A DNA stretch of 64,000 nt from Gemmatales bacterium (GTDB taxonomy: Bacteria > Planctomycetota > Planctomycetia > Gemmatales > HRBIN36). Of this stretch, positions 49,071-58,515 are shown in pieces. How positions within the stretch are numbered: position 1 is the first letter of the stretch; every line of letters begins with the position of its first letter. The notes under the pieces are model-generated. The model saw nothing but the letters and a program-made list of their open reading frames with translations, had not been told where the DNA came from and did no database searches. The translations under genes and the position numbers were made by a program. The stretch is taken from the NCBI GenBank assembly GCA_041640595.1, contig JBEPZY010000001.1, positions 800,001 to 864,000 on the forward strand. The letters run 5' to 3'.

Positions 49071-50750
49071 ATGACGTACGAGGAACTCTGGCGTTCCTGG
49101 AATCCATGGCAGTTCATACCCGAACGGTTCAATCTTGGGGTGCACTTAACGCAGACCCAGGTGGAACGGGGGCTGGGAAACAAATGGGCGATACTCTGGG
49201 AGAACGCCCACGGAGACACCGAGCGGTTCACCTACGCCCAGCTGGATGCCCTGAGCAATCGCCTGGCCCGTTCGCTCAGCCAGCTCGGCGTTCGTCGCGG
49301 CGACCGTGTGCTATTGCGCCTTCCTAATGTGCCGGAGTTTTACATCGCCGCGCTCGCCATCGCCAAACTTGGTGCCATCTTCATCCCGACCAGCACGCAA
49401 TTCCGCCAGGAAGAAATCGCCTATCGCTTGAAGGACACTGAAGCAGTAGCCGCCATCACTACCCTGCATTTGTTGCCGGCACTGGAGGACGCAGCGGCAA
49501 GTATTCCGAGCTTGCGACACCTTATTGTCGTTGCCTACCCGGATAGGCACCAGCCGATTCCCAATCGTTACGAGGACTTCTGGCATCTGGTGGAAAGTGG
49601 CAACGAGAATTTCGTTCCGGCGGAGACACGCCACGATGACATCGCTTTCATCGCGTACACGTCGGGCACAACCGGCGAGCCGAAAGGCGTTGTTCACCTG
49701 CACCGATACGCTGTAGCTTACGAAAGCCTGGTGCGGTTCTGGCACGATTATCAGGCCGATGATGTTGTTGCCTGTCCGTCGGAACTGGGCTGGTTGTTGC
49801 CGGTGGCCAGCACTTTTTTGTACGCGCTCTCGCATGGGCTGACGGTGGTCTTATACGATCCGCTGGGCGGTCGCTTTGACGGCGAGAAATGGTTACAGTT
49901 GTTCGAGAAATATCGCATTACTAACTTCACTGCTCCGCCGACGGTGTACCGCATGCTTTTACTGGTGGCAGATCGGGCACAGCGTTATGCCCTGAGTTGC
50001 TGGCGACATGCCGTCAGTGCCGGTGAGCCCCTGGCACCTGATACGATCCAGGCGATGGAGCGCATTTACGGCGTGGTGCCGCTGGATGGTCTGGGAATGA
50101 GCGAATGTATGGTGTACTGTTTCAACATGGTTGGGCAGAAAATCAAACGGGGTAGTTGCGGACGTCCTGGTCCTGGCACGGTTATCGAATTGATGGACGA
50201 GCAAATGAAACCGGTTGGCCCGGACAGTCCAGGGGTTCTTTGCGTGCGTCGGGACACTCATCCCGGCATGATGAAGGAGTACTGGAACAAGCCAGTGCAA
50301 ACGGCGGAAGTGTTTCGCGGCGAATGGTACTGGTCGGGCGACGTGCTCGTGCGAGACGGTGACGGCTATTTCTGGTTTCAGGGGCGGGCCGACGATGTCA
50401 TCAAGGCCAGCGGTTACCGCATCTCACCGTTCGAGGTGGAGTCAGCTTTGCTGACGCACCCGGCAGTGCATGAAGCAGCTGCTGTTGCCAGTCCCGATCC
50501 GATACGCGGCAACGTTGTCAAAGCGTTCGTGGTTTTGCGTCCCGGCTATGTACCCAGCGAGGAATTGTCGGCACAGATTCAGCAACATGTACGTGGCCGC
50601 ATCGCCGCGTTCAAATGCCCCCGAAAAATTGAATTTATCGAAGCCCTGCCAAAGACCACCTCGGGCAAAATTCGGCGACAGGAGCTGCGGCGACGCGAAT
50701 TCGCCCAGGCTGGAACACAATCATCCTGCGATGAGCCTGCCTCACGGTGA
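49071..50750 (+). CDS. Acyl-CoA synthetase (AMP-forming, acetate/medium-chain-CoA ligase-like)
   Basis: 'YTSGTTGEPKG', 'SAGEPL', 'GMSE', 'SGD', 'GRADDVIKASGYRISPFEVES', 'LPKTTSGKI'. Confidence 0.93.
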   Translation: MTYEELWRSWNPWQFIPERFNLGVHLTQTQVERGLGNKWAILWENAHGDTERFTYAQLDALSNRLARSLSQLGVRRGDRVLLRLPNVPEFYIAALAIAKLGAIFIPTSTQFRQEEIAYRLKDTEAVAAITTLHLLPALEDAAASIPSLRHLIVVAYPDRHQPIPNRYEDFWHLVESGNENFVPAETRHDDIAFIAYTSGTTGEPKGVVHLHRYAVAYESLVRFWHDYQADDVVACPSELGWLLPVASTFLYALSHGLTVVLYDPLGGRFDGEKWLQLFEKYRITNFTAPPTVYRMLLLVADRAQRYALSCWRHAVSAGEPLAPDTIQAMERIYGVVPLDGLGMSECMVYCFNMVGQKIKRGSCGRPGPGTVIELMDEQMKPVGPDSPGVLCVRRDTHPGMMKEYWNKPVQTAEVFRGEWYWSGDVLVRDGDGYFWFQGRADDVIKASGYRISPFEVESALLTHPAVHEAAAVASPDPIRGNVVKAFVVLRPGYVPSEELSAQIQQHVRGRIAAFKCPRKIEFIEALPKTTSGKIRRQELRRREFAQAGTQSSCDEPASR

Positions 50751-50989
50751 CCACGGTCGTGTCCTTTCGCGGCAAACACACTCAGTCGGCGCCTTGCAGC
50801 TTAGTGCCGCAACGGTTTTTCCTTGACCGGCCCTGATGTGGCCATAAACTATCAATTTAGGGCGACCGTGAGAAAAAGATCATTCACGGGCAAAGCCGCT
50901 GATGCGACGATAATCCTTCCAAACCTTCCCTCAGTTACTTGCCTTCCTTCACGTGTGCGGTGAACCTGCCCAAAGAGCCGGAGGAAACG

Positions 50990-53900
50990 ATGCAACGGTA
51001 CATGGCGAACGCAACGGTGTTGGCGTGTTTACTGGTCGCGACATGGGGCTGGCTCGGCTTTGAAATTGGGCCAGAATTCGCGCTGGGCGCCGATCAGTCC
51101 AAGCCTGCCAAGCCATCGGCGCCATCATCGCCCGCTGTTGCTGCCAAGCCTTCCAGCCAACCGGAAGCCAGTCGGTCCAATCGGAATGATCCGAATTTGC
51201 GTGCCGGCCTGGAATTATTCGAAAAAAGGATTCGTCCGGTATTAGTTGCGGAATGCTACCAGTGCCACTCGGCCCAGGCGGAAAAATTGCGAGGCAAGCT
51301 GCGGCTGGATTCCCGCGAGGCGATGCTCCAGGGCGGTGCATCCGGCTCCCCTGCGGTGGTTCCTGGTAAAGTCGAGGAAAGCCTGATCATCGCGGCCTTG
51401 CGGCATGACGGTATCGAGATGCCGCCGAAAAAGAAGTTGCCCCAGGATGTGGTCGCCGATTTTGAGCGCTGGATTCGCCTCGGGGCACCTATGCCAGCGG
51501 AAAGCAAACCCGGTTACGCTGGCGACGTTTCCGAAGCAGGCCGCAAGCACTGGGCTTTCCAACCGCTCCGTCGAGTGTCCGTCCCGACCGTGCGAAACTC
51601 GCAGTGGTGTCGCAATGAAGTGGACTGTTTTCTGCTGGCAGCTATGGAAGCAAAAGGAGTTCAACCCCTTGCTGATGCGGATCGTTACACTCTGCTGCGT
51701 CGGCTATATTTCGACCTGGTCGGTTTGCCGCCGACCCCAGAAGAAATCGCCAGTTTCATTAACGACACGGATGCCAACGCGGTGGAAAAGGTAGTTGATC
51801 GCCTGCTGGCCTCGCCGCATTTTGGCGAACGATGGGGTCGTCACTGGCTGGACGTTGTCCGTTACGCCGACTCCAACGGCAAGGACGAAGATTTTACCTT
51901 TTACAACGCCTGGCGTTACCGTGATTACGTAATTGCCAGTTTCAACCGCGATAAACCTTACGACCAGTTTGTGCAGGAGCAGATTGCCGGCGATTTATTA
52001 CCTGCCCGCTCACCCGAGGAACGCGACGAGTTTTTGATTGCTACTGGATTTCTGGTCATCGGGCCGAAAGTGCTCGCCGAGCGCGATAAGGCCAAGTTGC
52101 GCATGGACGTGGTGGACGAGCAATTGGACACGATTGGCAAAGCGTTTCTCGGTTTGAGCCTGGGTTGCGCACGCTGTCATGATCATAAGTTCGACCCGAT
52201 TACGACCCGCGAGTACTACGCACTGGCTGGAATTTTCACCAGCACCGTCACTCTGGAAGGCATCAAAGGCAACAATGCGGTGATTTCGGGCTGGGTAGAA
52301 CGACCCTTGGGCATAGAGGGCGAAAAACGCCTGCAGGAATACCTGGCGTTCAACAAGAAACTGGAACCATTGCGGCAGCAATTGAGTAAAGCCGAAGCTG
52401 AGCTAAAAGCTGCGGAAACCAAGACCGGTATGCGTTTGGTCGCTGGTTTGCCCGGAATCGTCGTTGATGATACCCAGGCACAGAAAGTCGGCGAATGGAA
52501 AAGTTCTACTTACGCCCAACCGTATGTCGGTCAGGGCTACGTTCACGATGACCGCAGCGGTAAGGGACAAAAACGGATCATCTACACGCCCAAACTTCCT
52601 AAAGCCGGCGAATACGAAGTGCTCATTTCCTATACCACGGGCGATAGCCGCGATACTAAGGTGCCGGTGATCATCCGGCACAGTCGCGGGGAGACGGTGG
52701 TACACGTCAACCAGCGACAGAAACCCAGCGTGGACGGCTTGTTCCAACGCCTGGGGACGTTCCATTTCGAGGCTGGGACAAGTGGCAGCGTGACTATTTC
52801 CAACGCCGGGACGACGGGTCACGTGATTGCCGACGCGGTGCTATTCCGTCCCGCAGGTGAGCTGGCTAAAGACCCGGCCATGCAGGAAATGCTCAGCGGT
52901 GTGCCCGAAGCAATTGCCCAGCAGATTCGCGCTACCCAGCAGCGGATTAGCGAACTGAAACAACAAATCGGCCAGCTGGAAGCCCAGCGGCCACCGCAGC
53001 CGGACATGTGTATGGCAGTTCGTGAAGCTGCCAAACCGGAAAATTGCCGCATTCACATTCGCGGCAGCCATCAGCATCTCGGTCCGGAAGTACCGCGTGG
53101 ATTCCCGAAAATTTTGACGCGAGGCACACCGCCGACCATTCCGCCGGACCAAAGTGGCCGTTTGCAGTTAGCCGAGTGGCTCACTACTCATGCCAGTCCA
53201 CTCCTGGCACGGGTGACGGTCAATCGCGTCTGGCAGCATTTGTTCGGCGAAGGGCTGGTGGCCAGCGTAGATAATTTCGGCACGACCGGCGAAAAACCGA
53301 CTCACCCGGAACTGCTCGATTACCTGGCCGATGATTTCATTCGTCATGGCTGGTCGGTGAAGCGGCTGATTCGCCAGCTGGTGCTTTCCCGTGCCTACCA
53401 GCTTTCCAGTCGCATACCACAACCGATTCCGCCCCAGGTGAAGCATAACTTAGCCGTGGACGCGGAAAACAACCTGCTGTGGCGAGCCAATCGCAAACGT
53501 CTAGAGGCGGAGGTGCTGCGGGATGCGATTCTCTACTTCAGCGGTCAGCTCGATCTCACGATGGGCGGCTCCACGGTCACGGAGTTTTCTGAGTGGGCGG
53601 TTGGTCCCAATGCACGCAGCAAACCGGACCTGGAAAAAATCCGCCGGCGAAGCGTGTACTTTCCTCTCATACGCAACGACCTGCCGCCACTTTTCCAGGT
53701 TTTTGACTTCGCCAACGCCGATGTTACTACCGGTCGTCGGGACATCACCAATGTTCCCCCGCAGGCACTCTTCATGCTGAACAGTCCGTTCGTATTGCAG
53801 CATGCGCAGCTCGGAGCCAAGCGGCTGTTGCAGGAAAGTAAAAGCGATCCAGAGCGCATCCAACTCGCCTATGTGAAATTGCTTGGCCGACCACCTGCCG

Positions 53901-54052
53901 ACCAGGAAATCCGTGAGAGCCTGCAATTTCTCAGGGACTATGCCAAAGAACTGGCTCCGCATTTGAAGGCGGGACAAGACCCCGAATTGGAAGCGTGGAC
54001 CGCCTTCTGCCAGGCACTCATCGGTTGCACGGAGTTTCGTTATGCCGACTAA
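50990..54052 (+). CDS. Planctomycete cytochrome c / DUF1549 / DUF1553 protein with an inserted beta-sandwich domain
   Basis: Signal peptide; 'CYQCH' and 'CARCHDHKFDP'; 'HWAFQP', 'GERWGRHWLD', 'VNRVWQHLFGEGLV', 'PTHPELLDYLA', 'PPQALFMLN'. Confidence 0.92.
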   Translation: MQRYMANATVLACLLVATWGWLGFEIGPEFALGADQSKPAKPSAPSSPAVAAKPSSQPEASRSNRNDPNLRAGLELFEKRIRPVLVAECYQCHSAQAEKLRGKLRLDSREAMLQGGASGSPAVVPGKVEESLIIAALRHDGIEMPPKKKLPQDVVADFERWIRLGAPMPAESKPGYAGDVSEAGRKHWAFQPLRRVSVPTVRNSQWCRNEVDCFLLAAMEAKGVQPLADADRYTLLRRLYFDLVGLPPTPEEIASFINDTDANAVEKVVDRLLASPHFGERWGRHWLDVVRYADSNGKDEDFTFYNAWRYRDYVIASFNRDKPYDQFVQEQIAGDLLPARSPEERDEFLIATGFLVIGPKVLAERDKAKLRMDVVDEQLDTIGKAFLGLSLGCARCHDHKFDPITTREYYALAGIFTSTVTLEGIKGNNAVISGWVERPLGIEGEKRLQEYLAFNKKLEPLRQQLSKAEAELKAAETKTGMRLVAGLPGIVVDDTQAQKVGEWKSSTYAQPYVGQGYVHDDRSGKGQKRIIYTPKLPKAGEYEVLISYTTGDSRDTKVPVIIRHSRGETVVHVNQRQKPSVDGLFQRLGTFHFEAGTSGSVTISNAGTTGHVIADAVLFRPAGELAKDPAMQEMLSGVPEAIAQQIRATQQRISELKQQIGQLEAQRPPQPDMCMAVREAAKPENCRIHIRGSHQHLGPEVPRGFPKILTRGTPPTIPPDQSGRLQLAEWLTTHASPLLARVTVNRVWQHLFGEGLVASVDNFGTTGEKPTHPELLDYLADDFIRHGWSVKRLIRQLVLSRAYQLSSRIPQPIPPQVKHNLAVDAENNLLWRANRKRLEAEVLRDAILYFSGQLDLTMGGSTVTEFSEWAVGPNARSKPDLEKIRRRSVYFPLIRNDLPPLFQVFDFANADVTTGRRDITNVPPQALFMLNSPFVLQHAQLGAKRLLQESKSDPERIQLAYVKLLGRPPADQEIRESLQFLRDYAKELAPHLKAGQDPELEAWTAFCQALIGCTEFRYAD

Positions 54053-54710
54053 TCGCTCACTTGCCGCAAAAAAGTCGCCAGCACTACGCCCCGCTCGCGC
54101 ATCTTCTGATCTCGAACGCAAACGGCTCACCGTTGAACAGTATCTCAGCCTACCGGAGGATGATGAAAAAAGCGAGTTGATTGACGGGGTGCTCATCGTG
54201 TCGCCAAGCCCGGGTTTCTGGCATCAGGATGTATGCGGGGAATTGTTGTTTCTGCTCAAACGCTGGGTCCGTGCCCATGACTTGGGGCAAATCTGGTTTG
54301 ACCTGGACATGGTGCTGGACGAAAAACGCGGCATCGTGTACCGCCCCGACCTGGTGTACTTGAGCAAAACGCACCTCCACCGTCTTCGGCGGGAACGCGT
54401 CTTCGGCCCTGCCGACCTCTGCATAGAAATCATTTCCTCCAGCGATAAACCGCAGGTGCTGCTTCGCAAACACCAGGATTATGCCCGTTACGGCGTTCGC
54501 TGGTACTGGGAAATTCACCGCCGGGAGCAGGACTGGCAATTGCTGGAGTATGAGTTGGGCCAGGCACAGGAGTATGTGCTGCGGCAAGAGCTAACGGGGC
54601 AGGACTGGTTTGAGCCGGGGCTGTTTCCGGGGCTGATTTTCCGGCTTGGCCCTCTGGCAAGCGGCGAGTACAAGCAAGCGGTAAAGGGTCAGGCGAGACG
54701 GTTGTTATAA
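54042..54710 (+). CDS. Uma2 (DUF820) family PD-(D/E)xK putative endonuclease, copy 1
   Basis: 'ELIDG...SP...HQ', 'RPDL', 'ADLCIEIIS', '[12 protein letters not shown]'. Confidence 0.9.
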   Translation: MPTNRSLAAKKSPALRPARASSDLERKRLTVEQYLSLPEDDEKSELIDGVLIVSPSPGFWHQDVCGELLFLLKRWVRAHDLGQIWFDLDMVLDEKRGIVYRPDLVYLSKTHLHRLRRERVFGPADLCIEIISSSDKPQVLLRKHQDYARYGVRWYWEIHRREQDWQLLEYELGQAQEYVLRQELTGQDWFEPGLFPGLIFRLGPLASGEYKQAVKGQARRLL

Positions 54711-54722
54711 TTCGGGCGGTGC

Positions 54723-55379
54723 ATGCTGGAGGGCGAAATGATGTCAGTGGCGACGGGGCAGAAACGAACGAAGCAGCAGCGACTGGTGCCTCGGTGGACG
54801 GTGGAGCAATACCTGGCCCTGTCGGAGGATGATGAGAAAAGCGAGTTGATTGACGGGGTGCTCATCGTGTCGCCAAGCCCGGGTTTCTGGCATCAGGACA
54901 TCACGCATCGGCTTCTGCACCTTCTCGAACGGTGGGTTTACGCAAACGATCTGGGGCAAATCTGGTTCGACCTGGACATGGTGCTGGACGAAAAACGCGG
55001 CATCGTGTACCGCCCCGACCTGGTGTACTTGAGCAAAACTCACCTCCACCGTCTGCGGCGGGAACGCATCTTCGGCCCTGCCGACCTGTGCGTGGAAATC
55101 ATTTCCTCCAGCGATAAACCGCAGGTGCTGCTTCGCAAACACCAGGACTACGCCCGTTACGGTGTTCGCTGGTACTGGGAAATTCACCGCTGGGAGCAGG
55201 ACTGGCAATTGCTGGAGTATGAGTTAGGGCAGGCACAGGAGTACGTGCTGCGGCAAGAGCTAACCGGGCAGGACTGGTTTGAGCCGGGGCTATTTCCGGG
55301 GCTGATTTTCGGGCTTGGCCCCCTGGCAAGAGGCGAGTACAAAAAAGCTGTCAAGGGCAAAGCGCGGCGGATAATCTGA
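54723..55379 (+). CDS. Uma2 (DUF820) family PD-(D/E)xK putative endonuclease, copy 2
   Basis: Same motifs; DNA near-identical to copy 1 at an offset of 669 bp. Start may be the later ATG after GGAGG. Confidence 0.9.
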   Translation: MLEGEMMSVATGQKRTKQQRLVPRWTVEQYLALSEDDEKSELIDGVLIVSPSPGFWHQDITHRLLHLLERWVYANDLGQIWFDLDMVLDEKRGIVYRPDLVYLSKTHLHRLRRERIFGPADLCVEIISSSDKPQVLLRKHQDYARYGVRWYWEIHRWEQDWQLLEYELGQAQEYVLRQELTGQDWFEPGLFPGLIFGLGPLARGEYKKAVKGKARRII

Positions 55380-55398
55380 AATACTCTGGAGATGTGCC

Positions 55399-56787
55399 AT
55401 GACCTGGACACGCAGAGAATTACTGCAACGGGCGGCATGTGGCTTTGGTTACCTGGCTTTCGCAGGACTTGCCGCTCAGGCATCGGCCAGTGACAACCCA
55501 TTGGCCCCGAAACCACCGCATCATCCGCCGCGAGCAAAGCGGGTCATTTTCCTGTTCATGCACGGCGGCCCTTCACACGTAGATACATTCGATTACAAGC
55601 CGAAACTCCAGCAAGATGATGGCAAGGATGCCCCGGTTGATCCGAAGACCTTCAACGCTTCTGCCGGCACCAGCAGGCGGCTAATGGCCAGCCCCTGGAA
55701 GTTCCGTCAGCATGGGGAAAGCGGCCTGTGGATTTCCGAGCTGTTTCCAGAAGTGGCTCGGCACGCAGACGAGCTATGCGTCATCCGCAGCATGCACACC
55801 AACGGGCAGAGTCATGGCCAGGCAGTTCTGATGCTGCATACCGGAAGCGAGAATCTGACCCGGCCTTCGATGGGTTCGTGGATCGTGTATGGTCTGGGTA
55901 CGGAAAACAGCAGTCTGCCTGGCTTCGTGACCATTTGTCCGCCCCGTGGACATGGTGGTGCCCAGAACTACGGTAACGCTTTCCTGCCCGCCATTTATCA
56001 GGGCACCGCCATCGGTAATGCTGACACACCTGCCAGCGCTGCCCAGATTCGTTTTTTGCATCACCCTTATTTGCCGACGGATGTACAACGTCAGCAACTC
56101 AATTTCCTGCAACGGCTCAATCAGGAGCACCTTCGGCGGGCTGGCGAGGATGAACAGTTGGAAGGAGTAATCCAGTCGTATGAACTGGCCTTTCGTATGC
56201 AGCGGGTCGCACCGGAAATTCTCGACTTGTCGCGGGAGTCGGCGGCGACACGCAAACTCTACGGCATTGACGAAAAGCCGACCGACGACTTTGGTCGGCA
56301 ATGTCTGATGGCCCGTCGGCTGATCGAGGCCGGTGTCCGTTTCGTACAGGTGTCGCATAGCTTCAAGTGGGATCAGCACGGTAACCTGAAGGCTGGACAC
56401 GAACGCAACGCTAAAGAAGTGGATAAACCTATCGCTGCTTTGCTGACCGACCTGAAAGAGCGTGGCCTACTGAAAGACACCCTGGTCCTGTGGGGCGGTG
56501 AGTTTGGCCGAACGCCCATGGCTCAGGGCAAGGACGGTCGCGATCACAATCCCCAAGGGTTCACCATGTGGCTGGTAGGGGGTGGTGTCAAATCCGGTTT
56601 TGCTTACGGCAACACGGATGATTACGGACACAAGGCGGTCGAACATCCCGTGCACATGCACGACCTGCACGCGACCATCCTCTGGCTGCTCGGCCTGGAC
56701 CACGAAAAACTGACCTTCCGCTATGCCGGTCGGGACTTCCGCCTTACTGATGTCCACGGTCGGGTCGTGCACGACATTATGAGTTAG
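55399..56787 (+). CDS. DUF1501 family protein (Tat-exported)
   Basis: 'TRRELL', '[13 protein letters not shown]', '[13 protein letters not shown]', 'GEFGRTP', 'GRDHNP', '[11 protein letters not shown]'. Confidence 0.93.
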   Translation: MTWTRRELLQRAACGFGYLAFAGLAAQASASDNPLAPKPPHHPPRAKRVIFLFMHGGPSHVDTFDYKPKLQQDDGKDAPVDPKTFNASAGTSRRLMASPWKFRQHGESGLWISELFPEVARHADELCVIRSMHTNGQSHGQAVLMLHTGSENLTRPSMGSWIVYGLGTENSSLPGFVTICPPRGHGGAQNYGNAFLPAIYQGTAIGNADTPASAAQIRFLHHPYLPTDVQRQQLNFLQRLNQEHLRRAGEDEQLEGVIQSYELAFRMQRVAPEILDLSRESAATRKLYGIDEKPTDDFGRQCLMARRLIEAGVRFVQVSHSFKWDQHGNLKAGHERNAKEVDKPIAALLTDLKERGLLKDTLVLWGGEFGRTPMAQGKDGRDHNPQGFTMWLVGGGVKSGFAYGNTDDYGHKAVEHPVHMHDLHATILWLLGLDHEKLTFRYAGRDFRLTDVHGRVVHDIMS

Positions 56788-56964
56788 TGCACCGCTTTCC
56801 CAACGCAACCACCGCGAGCCATCGCAACGCCCCGCGAAAAAACGGTGAAACTAGACGCCAAGCCCCCAACGCTGGCTAATGAGCGTGCCGCTCCGGTTAG
56901 TTGAGAGCAACCGAATTCAATCTGACGGATGCTCTTTCGGCCAATGAGCCTGTAACCGGCGCTG

Positions 56965-58014
56965 CTAAAAGCCCAGCAGTTTCGTATTGAAAGGCGTGGT
57001 TGTTCCCACCTGGGGTTGCTGTCGCCACCGCCGATCGCCGGCGAGGTATCTATCGAGGTAGCTACTTATCCACTCCTCGGCTTTGTAGTTGGCTACGCCC
57101 GTCAGCAAACGATGACCAACAAGTTTGCTTTTGATGACGTTAGTACCGGTGCCTCGTTCTTCGTATTTTTTCCTGAGCGTTTCTGGACGAATGTATGTCA
57201 AGGTTCGGCTCCAGGCGGACTGACTGCGTTTATCCTCGACGCTTACGTTATTGGCCATAGGCGTGTCTCTGAGGTCCGGCACTTTGCTGAACCAAACGCC
57301 AAGGCGAGTTCCCAGAGGCAAAGAATTCAAGGTATCGCGGTAGCTGTAGAAGATGAAGGCAACCAGGTCTTTACCCTGCGGCTCGCTGGTTGGCAAATTG
57401 GGATCCTTGCGGCGCTGCAGATCAACGTATTCCGCGTAAGCCCAGGCAAGTGCCAAAATAGCAGTCTCTTCGCAGGCGACGATCACTGTGCTGGCCGAGT
57501 TGCAATCACCGCCATTATTGGCCAGGTTCAGCCAATCCTTGGCGGCAATCAAATCGTTGCCCATGCTGAGAAAATGCTGTATCTGAGTAAACTGCTTGGC
57601 ATCCACAGTCGAGGGTGGGTTGGCGCGATTGACGGGCAAATTGATGGTATCCCAGAACTTCGGCTCCACCTGGATGCTTTCGCCGTAACCACGAAAGTCA
57701 AAGGTGAGCACCGCGTATCCTTTTTCCTGCAAGGCCTCGATGAAAGCTGGCGGGAAGTTCTTGCGGCTGAGGGTGTCTTTGGTGTCAGACCGTCCCACCG
57801 CGTGCAATAGCATGATTACCGGCCCATTACGTCCTTTGGGGGAAGGATAAAAGTCCCCCACCAATTTCACGCCATCCGGAGTTGTCGCATTGAATTTCTG
57901 TTTTTCCGGAAGTTTTTTATCCTGGGCCGGAACACTATCCTGGCGGAGTCCAAGCAGGGCTAAAGCAATTGCGAGGGCCAACCCTGATCCCAGCAGTTTT
58001 GCAGACCGCACCAT
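56965..58014 (-). CDS. Exported alpha/beta-hydrolase-fold protein
   Basis: Signal peptide; 'TPDGVKLVGDFY', 'MLLH', 'GYAVLTFDFRGYGES'. Confidence 0.75.
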   Translation of the reverse strand: MVRSAKLLGSGLALAIALALLGLRQDSVPAQDKKLPEKQKFNATTPDGVKLVGDFYPSPKGRNGPVIMLLHAVGRSDTKDTLSRKNFPPAFIEALQEKGYAVLTFDFRGYGESIQVEPKFWDTINLPVNRANPPSTVDAKQFTQIQHFLSMGNDLIAAKDWLNLANNGGDCNSASTVIVACEETAILALAWAYAEYVDLQRRKDPNLPTSEPQGKDLVAFIFYSYRDTLNSLPLGTRLGVWFSKVPDLRDTPMANNVSVEDKRSQSAWSRTLTYIRPETLRKKYEERGTGTNVIKSKLVGHRLLTGVANYKAEEWISSYLDRYLAGDRRWRQQPQVGTTTPFNTKLLGF

Positions 58015-58515
58015 CACGCACCCCACTTTCTTTTCCAGGGTTAGTTGCTGTTGCCATCCTCGAAGCAATCTTGCTGAATCTATAACGCCCGGTCGTCTCA
58101 ACCTTGCTCCTGTTTCTCATGGTAGTTGCTGCCATAAACCCAGTCAAGACGCACACGAGAAGGGCGCAGCCTTCGTCAGATGTTCGCAATTAGTGCCGCC
58201 GATACTGACATCGCAGGACTTCATCGGTCGGCCATCCTGCGCGCAATGACGGCTCCGAGCAAGCCAAATCTCGCGCCCGATCCCCGTCATCGTGCCATAG
58301 TCGGCCATCTATTACCCAAAGAGGGTCTAGCTCCGAAAATCCAATGCTGCCCTACGAAACGGTGGTTCCCTGTAGCCACCTGCCTTACCCCAAACTTGAT
58401 TTCAGGACGAAAAGCATGAGGTTGACCGAGAAGCAGAGCCAGGGTATAGTGGCGGCTGTCATCTTGTGGGCAGATAAACACGGGAAAGCGAATCCCAGGG
58501 GTGGATAGTTAGACA

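Noticed and set aside
54042..55379. Uma2 pair as a diversity-generating retroelement TR/VR pair
   Set aside because: Both copies are intact ORFs, differences are not confined to adenines, and no reverse transcriptase is present in the window.
58015..58515. Long intergenic gaps (also 22966-23335, 34203-34602, 45124-45475) as riboswitches or ncRNAs
   Set aside because: No known RNA motif or convincing ORF recognised by eye; an Rfam scan would be needed.
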